Assembly (NCBI GenBank): GCA_965178125.1
Contig: OZ237764.1
Location: forward strand, 124,001 to 188,000
Direction of reading: 5' to 3'
DNA length: 64,000 nt
Origin: Bilabrum cf. latius
Taxonomy: Eukaryota
The position numbers and the translations under genes are program-made. Positions 26,797 through 40,271 of this stretch are shown piece after piece. The notes below the pieces were generated by a model. That model was not told the origin of the DNA and made no database searches. It saw nothing but the letters and a program-made list of their open reading frames with translations. Position 1 is the first letter of the stretch. Each line of letters opens with the position of its first letter.

Positions 26797-29700
26797 ATGC
26801 TGACTGCTGCATCGAGGGTGGCTCTGAAATTTGCGTGCGTTGCTGTCGTGATGACTGTCCAATGCGGGTGCTGGGCGTACGATTCTGTAATTTGGCCTGC
26901 ACGACCCGCTGTGATTGGATCTTAGTTCATGTATGGAGGAGATGTACTTCATATGTATGCTCGTGTAAGCCTGGCTGCATCGGAGGGCGCAAGAGCGGCG
27001 GCTATGGCTCAAGAACTTGATCCCATTCCCCAAGTGTATTTATGTGATTCAGGGAGATCAGTTTCGCTGATGGATATGATTCTTACACAAAGAACAAATT
27101 TAACTTGCGAACATACTCCTATACCTAGTACGGCATCGCGAACAGGCTCCGAAACACTGACTTTGAACTCTGGAGAAGGATCATTGCGACGCATGCGTGA
27201 GAATGCCGGCTGTGTGCGAATAGTATCTGCATCGAGAAACGCAAACGTAGAAACCAATAGAACCTACAATTCCAAAGGTGTCGACCACGTGATTGATGTC
27301 GCCTTGCAAAGCAGTGAGCCAGTGGCGCTGACGTTCTTCGTGGCAATGTGTGACCAGAACAACGCATCGTTCGGGATGGAATCGTTCAACATAGATGTGC
27401 GGTACCGACTGTCCAGAAATAGGCTAATGCTTGCATCTGTATGCACTGCTGCGACTCTGGCGGCCGCGGCACTTGCCGCAGCTGCTGCGACTGTGTACTC
27501 GGCGTGGACAGGCACCTTGCGATTCCCCATGAGGTACATGCCAGTCCGTGAAAGTACTCGCATGCTTGCGGCAATCCAGATGCTTATTTTCGTAGCTATG
27601 TTCATACTCGCGGGCGATTTCGGCGGTGGGTTGTCGCAAGACAGCTGGACCGATATGGGGAGGCAGAGCGTGGCGGTGGCCTCTGCATTGCGAGTGCTGT
27701 GTCTGGGAGCCGCCGCGTGCATGGCCAGCGTGCTGGCGAACGGGTACCCCGCTGTTGTTGACGAAGCAAACTAGCACTGCTCCTTTAGTGTCGTGCTTGC
27801 GTTAACCTCCGCAGGGCTGGCGATGATACTACAGGTCGTCGGTCTCGCTGCGTGGCAACCGGTCCTGCCAGAAATTGACGATTCCCCAGAGCTCGCGTTG
27901 GGGGAGATCGGCCGAGGCAAACTGATCAACCCGATTGAATACCGCGTGCTCATGGGTATTGGGGACATCGCGTGGCTCGTGTGGGCTCTCGCTACCGTGC
28001 ATTTGTGCAAACAGACGCACGGCCATGTGTTGCGGAGAGGCGTGGTCGTTGCAGTCCCGCATCACAGGCTACACTAGGCCCTGGCTGCATGGGAGGCTTT
28101 TCAAAGCGTGCAGTTCCGGTCAGGAGCACTATACCTTGCGTGGACAGGCGGGGGATCATACGCTGCAGCGTGGGCAGTCGTGCGAGGACTCGTGCTGTCA
28201 GGGGTCGTGCCTCGCTCGCACGCGCCCATTGCTAGCGTGATTGGGATGGGGCTGCTGCTCGTATTGAGCGCTAGGCTCGTAGCAGTAGTGAGCTAGCTGG
28301 CCGATCTGCACGAAAGCTTGGTCGCCCTCGAGCGTGCCAAGCGAAGGGCCAGGGGAGACGGTCTGGCTGACATGTTCGTTGTGCCCCACGATGATAGTGA
28401 CGAAGAGGGAGATGATCCAGCTCCAAATGCGGCGAATATACCTGGGGATTGGGATCGAGCGCACCAGCTTCGCCACGAGGAAGGCCTCCGGCGGCTTGCA
28501 GACGAGATCCACAGAAGGCGCACCAACACCAATGAGGGGGCATTGTCATCCAGTGATGACTCCGATTCGCCCATTCTCGTGCACGGGCATTCGAGGCTTA
28601 TTCCCATGTCGCTCCGTGCAAGCAGGCCAACTAGAGCTCGTAGACACGTGCCTACTAGCTCTGCTCGCTCTGCTCGCCGCTCGATCACCCCGCCGTTGGG
28701 CTCAACCAGGCATGGTCATCACCAAGCCCCGTGGATTTCAGACGATGCGCTAGGCGATCTTAGGCGCAGCTCAGTTGCACCATCAAGGGAATCGAGACGG
28801 GCCGCGAGGAGACTGAGGTCATTGTCACCGGGGCCCCAGCGTGCTGAAAGCAGGCCACCCAATGGTACTGCAGCGCCAACCGCCCGCGAAAGAGCCGAAA
28901 TGGGCTTGCTGGTGCCTACGCGAGCTCCACATCGCTCGAGTCCTGCTATCAGGGGTGACAGTAGGATTCGTCAGCTTCCTTCGTATAGTCTGTCGCACGA
29001 GATCATTGAACGGGATGATCCGCTCATGTAGCCAATCAGTGGACTCAATTGGCGCGCCCGCTCCAGCGCGAACCGTGCTCAAAGCCCCTTTGCGGTGAAT
29101 CAGGGCTTGTAGGGGTCCGATGCCGCGTTTGAGCCCTTTCGCGTTGTGCGCCTGAGATCCCCGTCAGGGGGGGGAGGAGGATATGCAGCTGGATCCGCAA
29201 GATCGATTGGGCAGCGCGGTGGCAGTCCTCGGGTCAGTGAGCCAAGTGCGATGAATCGGCGGCGGAGTCATGAACCAAACGAGATGCCCAGGCTGCGCAT
29301 CGCGATACCGCCAGGTGGAACAGCTGATGAGCGCAGCAGAACCTCACACAACCCTGCGCCCCCGCCGGATACCATCCAGGACGTTCTACTGGCAGCACTG
29401 GGACGCATCGGTGCGGGTCGGGGCGGCGCAGGCCCGGATTTCACAGGCTCTCAACTCAGACTGTAGCGAAGGGCCGCCACGTGCAGCACCCGTCCGCCTG
29501 CCTCGTGCGCTGTGCAGTGTCGCCAGTCCGCTCTCGCCATCATTCTAAGGCCCGCCAGAGACGTGTGTGAGCAAGCCGGCAGACTAGCCAGGGCACGGCG
29601 TCGCATCGAAACTACATCAGCCAAACTAAGCCCTGCAGCCACTGGTACCACCTCTGGTGGAGCCGCAGACGGTTTTCGAAGAAGCCAAACTACCACGCGT

Positions 29701-31782
29701 GGCCGAGGGAGAGCTCCAGGCCCCCTTCTTGCCTCGATGTTGACTGCTAGCTCGCAGCAGCAACCTATGCAGGCCCTCGATCGGGCACGACTATTTACCA
29801 GAAATCAGCTGGGGACCGCTGCTGCTGTCGCAATGGCAGCTGGGAACGAGCACAACCAACGGTCAGCTGAGGATGAGCACCACCCGCTGGCCCGTCGGAT
29901 ATGCTTGCCAATGATCGCCACATGCGACCGCAGCACTGCTCTCCTACCGGTACGAGCAGTACTCTCGAATGCTGCTGCGGCGGTGCACCAGGTCAGCAGA
30001 GACCGCGCAGAGCTCGAACCCCTCAGCGCGCTCATGCGGGGGCTCAGGCGTATGGGGCAAAGTCTAGTGCCCCGGCGAATAGGGGATGTGGCCCAGGGCT
30101 AGGGGGCGGACATCGAACGCGCACCTTTGCTGCAGGTGGTGCGCGGTGCGCGACCGGCCGCAGGTCGCCGGGCACACGGCCGCGACTCTCCGACTCCGAG
30201 TCCATTCGCAAGGAGTCCAGTCCTCGGCGCGCCGACTGGTTGGCATGGGGCCGGCAGTCGGTCCCCGCCACTCCCTGGCAGAGGGTTAATGGTGCAGCGC
30301 CGAGAGCTGGACCCGATAGTTCCATCACCAGCACTGGACGGCGATTTTGTGCATTCGCTCTCCCAGATGCATCAGCATGTGCCTCCACGCTGGCCTAGGT
30401 TTATGTCACACACCAACCCAGGTCGTGATGATCCGATCATAAGTGTTCCGCTGGAGTCGCCGCGCCAGACTAGGATCTTGTGGAGGGGGCGCAGCTCTTC
30501 CTCCAGCAACGCCGCCTCCTTGCCCCAGCTGGCTCGTGCCCAGGGCTCGTCCTCAGACGATGCTAGCAGACCATCGGCCCAGCTGAACGGCTCCATCCCG
30601 AGGGTCGACAACTGGCCGCCGCTGCCGCTCTCAACGGCAAGCGACCCAGAGGGAGGTATCATGCAGGGAGGCGAGGGTGGCATCCTTGGGGGCGGAGCCC
30701 AGGCCTCCATGCTCAGCCGGCTCAACCCGTCTCCGCCGCTGGCACCACCGTCTAGCCCAGCGCGGTGGGGTGGAATGCCCGCGGGATTCGGGCCAGCGCT
30801 GCCCACGGTCGGTGGTCCCAACAGGACCGGCGGGTCTAGCTCCGCTGCATTATAGCAGATTGGCGACGGTGCAGGTGCGCTTGAATCAGGTGGTGTAGGG
30901 AGGATCGGTGGCCGGGACTCGAGCAGCAGCAGCGGTAGCCGTAGCAGCAGAAGCAGAAGAAGCAGCAGCAGCAGCACTGGTAGTAGCAGCAAGAGTCTGC
31001 GTTCGCGTTACAGGGGAAGAGTCATTGGAACCTCTCTTCGTTCCGATACAGGCAATTCCCACGGACCCGGCTCTCGTCTCGTTGACCTGCGCCGCGAGCA
31101 GCCAGATGAAGCCCGGCTATCCGGGCCACTCTTTCGGCGAAGTGCTACAGCTCTAGTGGAGGACACTACAGACATGGGTGCTGTGCTTGACGCAACCCTA
31201 GGATCAGGGGATCAGCAGGGCGGCTGCACGGCACGGTTGAACTGGGGCATGGACCTGACGGCTGCGCTGAACGACTAGGATGACAACGATGGTGAGGACG
31301 ATGACGGGGACGGTCTTCCTGGCAATCCATCTGGTGCGTGCATCGATTCAAGGTAGGATGGTGACGCTGTCAGTGGTCTCAATTCCACAATGTCCCCGTG
31401 GCGTCCAGAGATGGGCGGTACGGCTGGAGGGAACGGGTCGGGCAGCAGGGAGCCGCGGAGTGCCCTGGCCATTCCGGGTGTGTGGCAGTGGGAAGATCAG
31501 CAAGAAGACGAAGAAGAAGAAGAGGAAGGTGCCCCTGAATCGCCGCGATGTGGTTGCGGGTCGCATCCGAGGGGGATGCAGGCTGGACAGGAGGAGAGCA
31601 AGCTGCCTGAGGACAGCGACGAGGGTGAGAGCAAGTCGGACGATGAGGAGGATCGGGGTGAGGAGGAGGACACAGGCGGAAACGATGGGGTGCTTCGGCC
31701 TGCTCCGGAAGACGACGGGGGTCTAGTGCAGCATTCCCAGGGGTCCGGCGATGGCCGCTCGAGTGGACGACTGTCGTTTTGA
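26797..31782 (+). CDS. Second signal-peptide + multi-TM protein (probable divergent GOST-like paralog) with very long disordered tail, about 1661 aa
   Basis: ATG 26797 with signal peptide; LTFFVAMCD; TM segments around 27420-28290. Eight ORF fragments in one frame joined only by TAG; TGA at 31780-31782. Confidence 0.68.
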
Positions 31783-32295
31783 ATGTGGGCCTGCATTTCA
31801 CCTGGCCACGTGGCACGCTTTTCATTTACGGGAGGGCATCCAAATGTGCGCGGGATCATCGCTTGCAACCTGATGGGGGCAGCAACCGGTGTGCCGGACA
31901 CCACCTGGATACTGGATACTGGTGACGGGCACGCTGTATGAAGCCTGCCTGCGCCTTCTCAACTGGCACCATCCCCCGCAGCTGTCTGCTTCCAGGTCAA
32001 ACCGGCACCCGCTGGCAAGGTATGTCGGGACAATCGTGCTGCTCGCGTTGGGGAATTCGCCGGAGCGGGGGAGCGGCAACGGCGAGCTTGCTGGCGGTGT
32101 GGCTGGGCGCAAGTTGTAGCGCCTTCTGGGAGCCGGGCTTGTATGGCGTCGAGATTCTTCCCGCCCTTTAAAATCCGGTGTGATTCTCGTGCGGCAGACC
32201 TGCCTCGTTCGGGCCAATCTTGTTGCGTGTGCTTTCTATCGCCGATATCGGATGCCGTGGACGCCTGCCATATCCCAAACACCAACAAAGATATC

Positions 32296-33524
32296 ATGAT
32301 AGGCATTGCATCTGCACTCCTTGTTCTTGGTCTGACGCGAACGCTGGCAAAACCCATCCCGGTAGTCCTTCTCACAGACTTAGGATAGGACAATGACGAT
32401 CAGTAAGATAAGATCCATTTGTGCCGGTTGCTCCGCATGGCTGGCCCTTGGAAGTCTCTGATATCAGAAACTTTCAAGATAGTTTCATACGATCACTGCC
32501 TTGCAGATTTGCACTCGTGTACTTGGCAGCAAGACCGGACCTGTTCGATTTGCAGCTGGTTGTATCGTCGACGAGAAATACTACGGGCCGGGCAGCCATC
32601 GCTGCCAAGGCACTGTAGGCAATGGGTCGTACTGATGTTCCTGTCGGTGTCGGTACGGAGACAAGCTTCGGGGGCGTGTACAAGGGAGTAGGTGCGATGT
32701 ACGACTGGATCGCCGACTACCCCCTGGATTCTTACCCTGGCAAGGTGCTGTAGGACGGGGTGGGCGCACTGCGCGATGCAATGCGTAAAGGAACTCCAGA
32801 TAATCCAGTCTATGTGGTCGAAATCGCCCCGACGCCCAACCTGGCAGAGGCGCTGCTCGCGGAGCCAAGCCTCGCATCCGGCGCGCGGGTGGTCGCAATG
32901 AGCGGCTCGACGCACATCGGGTACGACCTCAAGCCGCCCATCTCGGCCGAGTACAACGTGAAAGAGAACATCAGCAGCGCCATCGTGTGCTACAACGCCA
33001 GCTGGGCCGCCCCCATGCTCACGGCCCCCGTGGACACCTCCGCGCTGGCTCGCATCGACGGGCAGCAGTACCAGCAGCTGCTGCAGGCCGAGAAGGAGGG
33101 GGGACAGGCGGCGCACGCGGTGCTGGACATGTACAGGGTGTGGTACGCCAACGGCGGCAAGCACCACGGCTCTGCGTGGCCTTTTGACCCCAGCACGGCC
33201 ACTTCCCCCCTGTTCGATTTCCAGGCAGCCGCCATGACGGGGGTGCTGGCCCAACAGCACCAGCAGCAGGCGAGGGCGAGTGGGAGCGGGGCAGTGGGAG
33301 CCAAGGACGGGCCCCCGCCCATGCCCTACCAGCGCATCGAAGACGACCGCATATACGTGAATACCACCGGGTACACCGTCGTGGCTCCTCCCGGCGATGA
33401 GGCTGTGCAGCGCGTCTGGCCCTCGGTCGCCTGGGACAATGCCACGGACCCTGCGACGTCCATGCGCGCCTTTTTGAAGGACGCCACTGCCAGCATCGCC
33501 AATTGGAGGAACAAGGCGAACTGA
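32296..33524 (+). CDS. Inosine/uridine-preferring nucleoside hydrolase family protein with signal peptide
   Basis: VVLLTDLG(TAG)DNDDQ matches the Asp-rich Ca-binding motif. Intron 32403-32506 (GTAAGA...TTGCAG). Also VPVGVG, IAPTPNLA, VVAMSGS, AEYNVKE, SPLFDF. Further TAGs at 32616 and 32751; TGA at 33522. Confidence 0.88.
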
Positions 33525-33634
33525 GGTGCTTCGTGCAGAATCTCGCTTTCGATCCGTGGCCCACCCAAAGTTGGGTGCTGCACCACAGTCTGTCGTGCTG
33601 CAGTCGCGCCGCGTGTTGCTTCGTACACATTCAG

Positions 33635-34582
33635 TCACGCACCGCCCTCTTCCCCGCCGCCCTCCCCTATCTCGGCCTTCATCCCGAGCCACTCCTTCCG
33701 AGTCACCTGTCCAGTGCCCACAGGCTCGTACCATTCAGGTGGCAGCCCCGCGTCTCCGCGAGATTTCTCGTTGAAAGGGGCGGGCAGCGGAAAGTCGCAG
33801 TGCCGTCGCACCAGCCTGCGGAACTCCTCGCCGGGCTCCTGTGCGCGGCGCCGGCAAAGCCAGCGGAACCACCGCACCCCCGCCGCCACGTGCGGCACCT
33901 CCTCCTCGCAGATCCGGCGCACCACCCCCGCCGAATCCCCGTCCCCCCACGCCTCCAGCTTGCGCACGAGCCTGGGCTGCGAGTCTAGGGCCCTGGCCTC
34001 CTGCACCAGGGGCACCACAACGAGGCGGGCACCCAGGTCGTGGCGAGTGTCTGCCGCGAGGCCCTTCAGGCCAGAGTGCGCCTGCAGCTGGCCGTACCTG
34101 CACCCGTACCGCGCCCACAGCCGCTCGTCCAGCCACCCGAAGTGCCTGGCCTCGTCCGCCACAATGGTCGCCAGGTCGCGGAGCATCTCCTCGGGCAGAT
34201 GCTCGGGCTCTGCGAAGCGGGCGAGCGTGTCTGCATACAGGTCCACAGCACTGGCTTCGACGTGCGCGAGGGAGTGAAGCAAATGCCTTGCCTTTGCATC
34301 GGTGCCCTGCCCCTTGATCGAGGCTACCGCCGCTTTGTTTACGATCTACATGCCTGTCGGCGCCACGGGCTCATCGGGGAGCCCAGGCGCTTCAATTGGC
34401 AGGCTAGACTCAACATCGCCAAGTGTTGCGATACTATGGTGGGAGACACTGGATTCGCTCGACTAGGCCGGGCCAAAATGACAGGCCAGTTCGCCCAAGC
34501 TTGCAGCAGCTCGTAGCTTCGTACCGATTTCAGCACTGAGTACGATCGTCTAGCAAAGCCGTGTGGCTGCCTGTCTGAACAT
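33635..34582 (-). CDS. DUF455 ferritin-like protein
   Basis: LHSLAHVEASAVDL, DEARHF, PLVQEARALD, EEEVPHVAAGVRWF. The N-terminus extends to ATG 34582 through three TAGs; TGA at 33635. Confidence 0.88.
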
Positions 34583-34752
34583 TAATGGTTCATTTTTGGT
34601 TCAATTTCCTTCTCTGTGAAGCAATCCTGGTCGGCGCGGCGCCCAGCAAGTGGCCTTGCGCCGCGCAATCCACCTGCGGAACCTAATTCAGTAACTCCAC
34701 ATCTCACGTTGCAACTTAAGATTACTTCCTCACGATACACAAACCAGACCCT

Positions 34753-37700
34753 TCAGCGCCTCATGCGGGGGCCCCCACCTACGCCCAAGGCCCGCACATG
34801 CACCAGCTCCCCGCTCACCATCATCCCGCCAACACCTGCCCCCACCTCACACACTGGTCTCACCTGCATCGGCATGACCCGCAGCACCAAATCCAACCCC
34901 GGCTCTCCCTGCACCCCATCTATCGCCTCGCTACTCCCTGCCCCTTGTTCCCCGGCCATGGCTGGGTCCATGGTGAGGGTGGGCCGCATGCCGCGTTGGA
35001 GAACAGTGGGGGACGGGGCCGTCAGCACGGGACTGGTGCGGGGCACCATGTGAGGCACCATGTGGGGCAGAGAAACACGGGAGGTTGAGTGGGAGGCGGG
35101 TTGGGCAGGTGGTGCATCTGGCCTAGTTGCGCCCATTGCCGCTGATGCAGAGGATGCATAGGCGGACATGTTACCTCTGCCCCTTAGCACCCCTTGCACA
35201 GGCCGCATATGGTCCTCCTCCTCCCACCCTCCATCACTACTGTCATCGCTCATCCACCCATCCCGAGGAGGGCGGCGAGGCCGCACGGCTGCCAGCTGGG
35301 GCAAATGTTTGTCCGCGCTGCCAGCCTGGCCATCGTCACCATGCTATTCTTGCTCCTGCCGCTGGCTCGATGCCGGATGCTACTCTTGCTCCTGCTGCTG
35401 GCTCGATGCCGGGGCTTCGCCACCACCCCCGTGCTGTTCCTCGCCCTCCTGTCCACTAGCCCTCTCTTCCTCCTCGCCCCCCTCCCTTCCAAGCCCCCTC
35501 CTGCTCTTCATGCCCAGCAGCTTGCTCCACGACACACCACTGGATCGAGCTGCATCCCGCAGAGCGAATCGATCCATCAGGAAGGGCTCGGCGAGAGGAG
35601 AGGAAGAAATAGGTGCAGGTGGCAGGACGTGCTACCCATCCCGGGAATTGGCATTTGATGATGCTGAGGATGCTGATGGCTCTGCCTGCATCTCTCCCTC
35701 CCCCTTCCTGTTCCTGTCCCCGTCCCTGTCCATCTCCCTCCCTGCATCGCCCAGCGCGTCAAACAGGTCGATCCGGTCAAGCGAGCTCTCCAGCTTGCCA
35801 TCCAGCTGCACGATCACCTGGCCCCCCTGCATCACCCGCTTGGCCTGCTGCAGGGAGCCAGCAGGAGCCACGGAGGCAGCACCACTAGGGGCCCTCTGCT
35901 TCTCCTTGTCGTGGGCTGGATGTGCCCCAACCTTGGCCTAGGCCTAGGGGGCACCGCTAGACGACCCACCTGGACCAAGACCACCACTAGACGACCCACC
36001 TGCAAGACCACCACTAGACGACCCACCTGCAAGACCACCACTAGACGACCCACCTGCAAGACCACCACTAGACGACCCACCTGCAAGACCACCACTAGAC
36101 GACCCACCTGCAAGACCACCACTAGACGACCCACCTGCAAGACCACCACTAGACGACCCACCTGCAAGACCACCACTAGACGACCCACCTGCAAGACCCG
36201 GGGGATCAACCCTGGACAATGCCTCCGATGATTCTGAACGTGCCTCCCCAGCCTCCCCAATCGCTCGCCCCACCACAGAATCATTAGAAGATATTCTATT
36301 CCCAGCACCTGCATGCCCTGCACCTGCACTATGTCGCACCAAGTCCACCGCCTCTTCTTGCGTCAGATCAATCTGCAGCTCCACCGGCACCTGCATCGGC
36401 TCCACAGCCCCGTCGTCTGCAATACTGCGGTGTGCCACGAACCTTCGCTCTGGCATGGAACTGGACGGAGGGAGGGCCCGAGACATGCCACTAGCACCGG
36501 CACAGCTATTGGCGATGGCATCGTCTGCATTCGTCGTGCTCTCGCGGCAGTGTGTCTCAGCAGCCGGGACCCCTCTAGGACCATCGACATGCGTGTCTAC
36601 ACTAGCCGCACCACCCGCTGCCAGGGTCATTGCACCCAGCTCGGGATCCATGGAAGGGGCAGTTGGCTTGACGGATGCATGCCCAGTGACAGCCCTTGCT
36701 GGCAAAGACGATGGACCTCCGTGCTTGTCCTGTTTCGCAGCCACCGGCTCCCCCTCCTCCTTCTGATGGCCCTCCCGCCCCACAGCAAGCATCCCTCTGA
36801 GCTATGCTGCCGCCCCGCAATCCCTTGGCTCCATCCACCGTAAGCCCCTTTTACTGGGCATGAACGCACGCCTGGCATTCCCGTCCATGCACCCACTTCG
36901 GTCACGCTCCAGCTGCAGCCCTACCACGATCGCCCCCCTTCCCCCCACGATTTCCAGAATCGTGGCCCTCTCGTCCCTTTTCACTTGCATGCAGTCCACC
37001 ACGATCAGAGGGCCGGGGGGCAGCAGAGGCATCGGGGTCGTGGCCTGGGCATCCTTACTGCCATCATCATCGTCAGAATCGCCGCCATCACGCGGCTTCG
37101 GGGCGAATCTGGGCATTGCCATGCGCCCCATGCCTTGGATCTTCCGCTCATAGTGCGAGGCCAGAGCGGCATCCCCGCGCTCTGTCGCCTGCCGTATGCC
37201 TTCTCGCAGCGCATACAGTTTTCGCAGCCTGACTTCGTTGCGCGACCGCTCCAGCTCATACATCAAGGCATCTGATTCCGCCATATCATACTCATCCTCA
37301 TCATCCCCGAATTCATCCGAATCCTGGCTGCTGTCTTCCACCACGGTCTAAACTGAACCCACAACGCCGCGTGGATCCACGGGGCCTTCCTCCAGCAGCA
37401 GTTGCGGCATGTCGTCCCCGTGCGATGCACCCTCCCACATCCCGTGCTCCATGCACGCCAGAAACTCCTGCCCGTCAATGCCAGCGGCCCTGTAGCACCT
37501 GCCCAGCTCCCTCTCAATCTAGTGCTGCACCAGCTCGAACCGGCCCTGAAGGTCGTCCTCGGACACCCGCACGGACCCGTGCCCCGCCTTCTGCACGAGC
37601 CACCTGGCGATAGTGGACTTGCCGGCGCCTTGCCGCCCCGACATGATCACGACCACCGGCGGAGAGGACACGTGAGGGACGAGATCGCGCTCGGTGCAGA

Positions 37701-37881
37701 AGCCCGCAAACCATGGGGCACTGGATGTCTGCAGCTGCCGGATGGAGCCATACACGCTGGGGTGGCGCGGGACCCCCGTTTCAGATTCATAGAGTCGTGC
37801 ACTATCGTACATTTCGGGCGATACAGCAGCAGCAGGCCCTGAGCTCTGTGCGCGCGCACTATTCACAGACAAAGTGCCACT

Positions 37882-37913
<32 letters not shown>

Positions 37914-40232
37914 TGCTGCTGCTGGTGCTGCTCGTGGTGGCCCCACGCACACCTGGAGCTGCACAGCCACGGACACTGTGAGCCAAGACTGTGGCCTTCC
38001 TATCCAGCGCACAGCTGGGCAGCAAGGCCACCCTCCGAGGTGCGCCCGGAATGGGACAGCCTGCAGCCACTGCGGCGCTGGCTTGCCGGGCCCTCTGCAT
38101 CCACCACTTTCCCTGCTTTCGCAGCTTGAATTGCCTCACGGGCCCCAGAGTGTGCCAAGCCGCGGCGCTGTACTGAGCCTGAAGCAGCCCACACGGGCTG
38201 GTGCGATAAACACCGTTTCCCCCATCCTCGTGCGCTCCATTGTTTGGGCTAGTTGCCCAGAGCATAGAAGGCAGCTCTGTGTTGATGTGCTACCTTAGGC
38301 CTCTGGAGACCAGCAGGACCTTCTCCTCGGACTGACCGAATGGAACAGAGCCACCAGCATGCGCATCCGTGGGGCCAATCATGTCCAGCACGATGTCTTG
38401 GTCCCCCAGCATCCTCTTGGTCAAGCCAAACATGCACTCCTCCATCGACACATCGACGCAAGAGGATGCACCCGCCTGGCCTGCCTCCGGATTCCTCGTC
38501 CACCGGCCCGCAGCTGCCTCGATCTGCCCTCGGTAGAATCGCACAAGAGCCTCTCTGGCCGTGATGGCGGGCAGCCTGGCGCATGGGTACACTTCCCCCA
38601 GCAGCACCAGATCGGCATGTGATAGATGGCTCGCGCTCGCATTCACGGGCACTGGGTCGTACTGCCTGGCCTCATCAGCCGATGCCTGTGCCCCTGCCAT
38701 GCCTACAGGGATAGCTCCTCTGGTCCCGCACACAGCCAGCAAGCATGCCTCGGGGAAGCGCAGCAGCGGATGCGGCCTCCCCGGGGCTGCCAGCGGGGGC
38801 TCGAAGAAATGCTCGGGTGTGCAGAACCGCATGCCGGCGTTGAGAGCGAATCCAAGATCAGACGAGGAATGGTCCGAGCCGCCGTACTCGCCATGTCGTC
38901 CTGCCTCATCTCCCACGAACATGCTGCGCGCATGGTCCACATGTAGTCCCCCTGTGAGCGCATGGATGGCCATGCAGGCCATCTGCCAAGCGCCAAGACC
39001 CGGCTTGCGGCACCAATCGTAGGACGGGGCAGCAACAATGAGGCACGGAATGCCGGACGATTCTAGCTTGGCCACGACTCTGACCAGCCTGCTCGTCACG
39101 TTGTTCTCTTTTCGCTCCGAGTTCTTGTCATAGGCCATACCCCCTTCGTTCGTGACCAGCACCACGAGCGGGAGCAGTAGAACCTCCTACTGGCTACCAG
39201 AGGACGGCCCACTCGAGCTGCTTGATGAGGACGACGAGGATGAGGACGAGGACGAGGACGATGCACTCGGTACATCCCCACCCTCTTCTCCACCACCCTA
39301 TGCCTCTCCAGCTCCAGCTCCGGCTCCAGCTCCAGCTCCCCACGTGGCCATCTCGATGGCCCGCTGCCGGATGCGCCTGGCTATGGTGCGGAAATTGCCA
39401 CCCGCGAATCCTTTCTCGTCGCGGTTGTTCCTCCTCACCACTGTCTCATCCACGTCCATGGCCAGCACCTGCACGAGGCCCTGCTGTGCTGCAGTGCCAT
39501 GCACAAGTCGCCAGTTGGGCTCCGATCGCTCTGCAGCGCAGTGCCTCACCGTGTGTCCAAATGCCCTGGCCTCGTGAAGCCAGTCGCTGGAGGCACGCAG
39601 GTAGCACACGCCGCCCACGGGGCCATCTGTTGATACGGGCCGCTTGTTGGAGCTGATTCTGCCCAGTATACCGTATGAGATCCACTCGTCACTGGGTAGC
39701 GTTCCGATGGCCCTTGTGACAGGCGAGATGACAGGCATGCCAGCTGATGGCTATGCATCGCTCCCCGATGCTCTGCCTTCTCTCTGCTCAGCCCCCCCGC
39801 CCTGCTCCTCTTGTGTATTCGAGTCCTGCATACTGCTTCTCAGTTGAGAATCAGAGGGGCACCCCACGAACATGCTCCGATCGCCCCCCTCGGGGCCCTG
39901 GGGTGGCCCTGCCCCATTTCCGGCCACCTTCCATTTACTCGGGTCCAGATACCCGTACATAACGTCGGACCGACGCGTAGCCTATCGCATTCTGGCCCTT
40001 GCCTACCGCACTCTGACCCCGCACCCCAGCAGTCTCATCGCCTCTGCCGCTGCCTCTTACCTGCTCAAACCCTCCGGCGGTGCAAATGCCAGGCCAGGAG
40101 CCAGCACCCGGGAGCTGCCACGGTGGGACACAAGCGCGGAGGTGAGCGGCGGGACAGGGGGGGCTGCAGATGCAATAGACAAGGGAGCAATGGCGGCTGT
40201 AGAGCCACTGGACATATCCTTGTCCTTGCCCT

Positions 40233-40271
<39 letters not shown>

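Noticed and set aside
35957-36198. Regular repeat resembling a CRISPR array
   Set aside because: Units are head-to-tail with no unique spacers, there are no cas genes, and it encodes an in-frame Gly/Ser linker.
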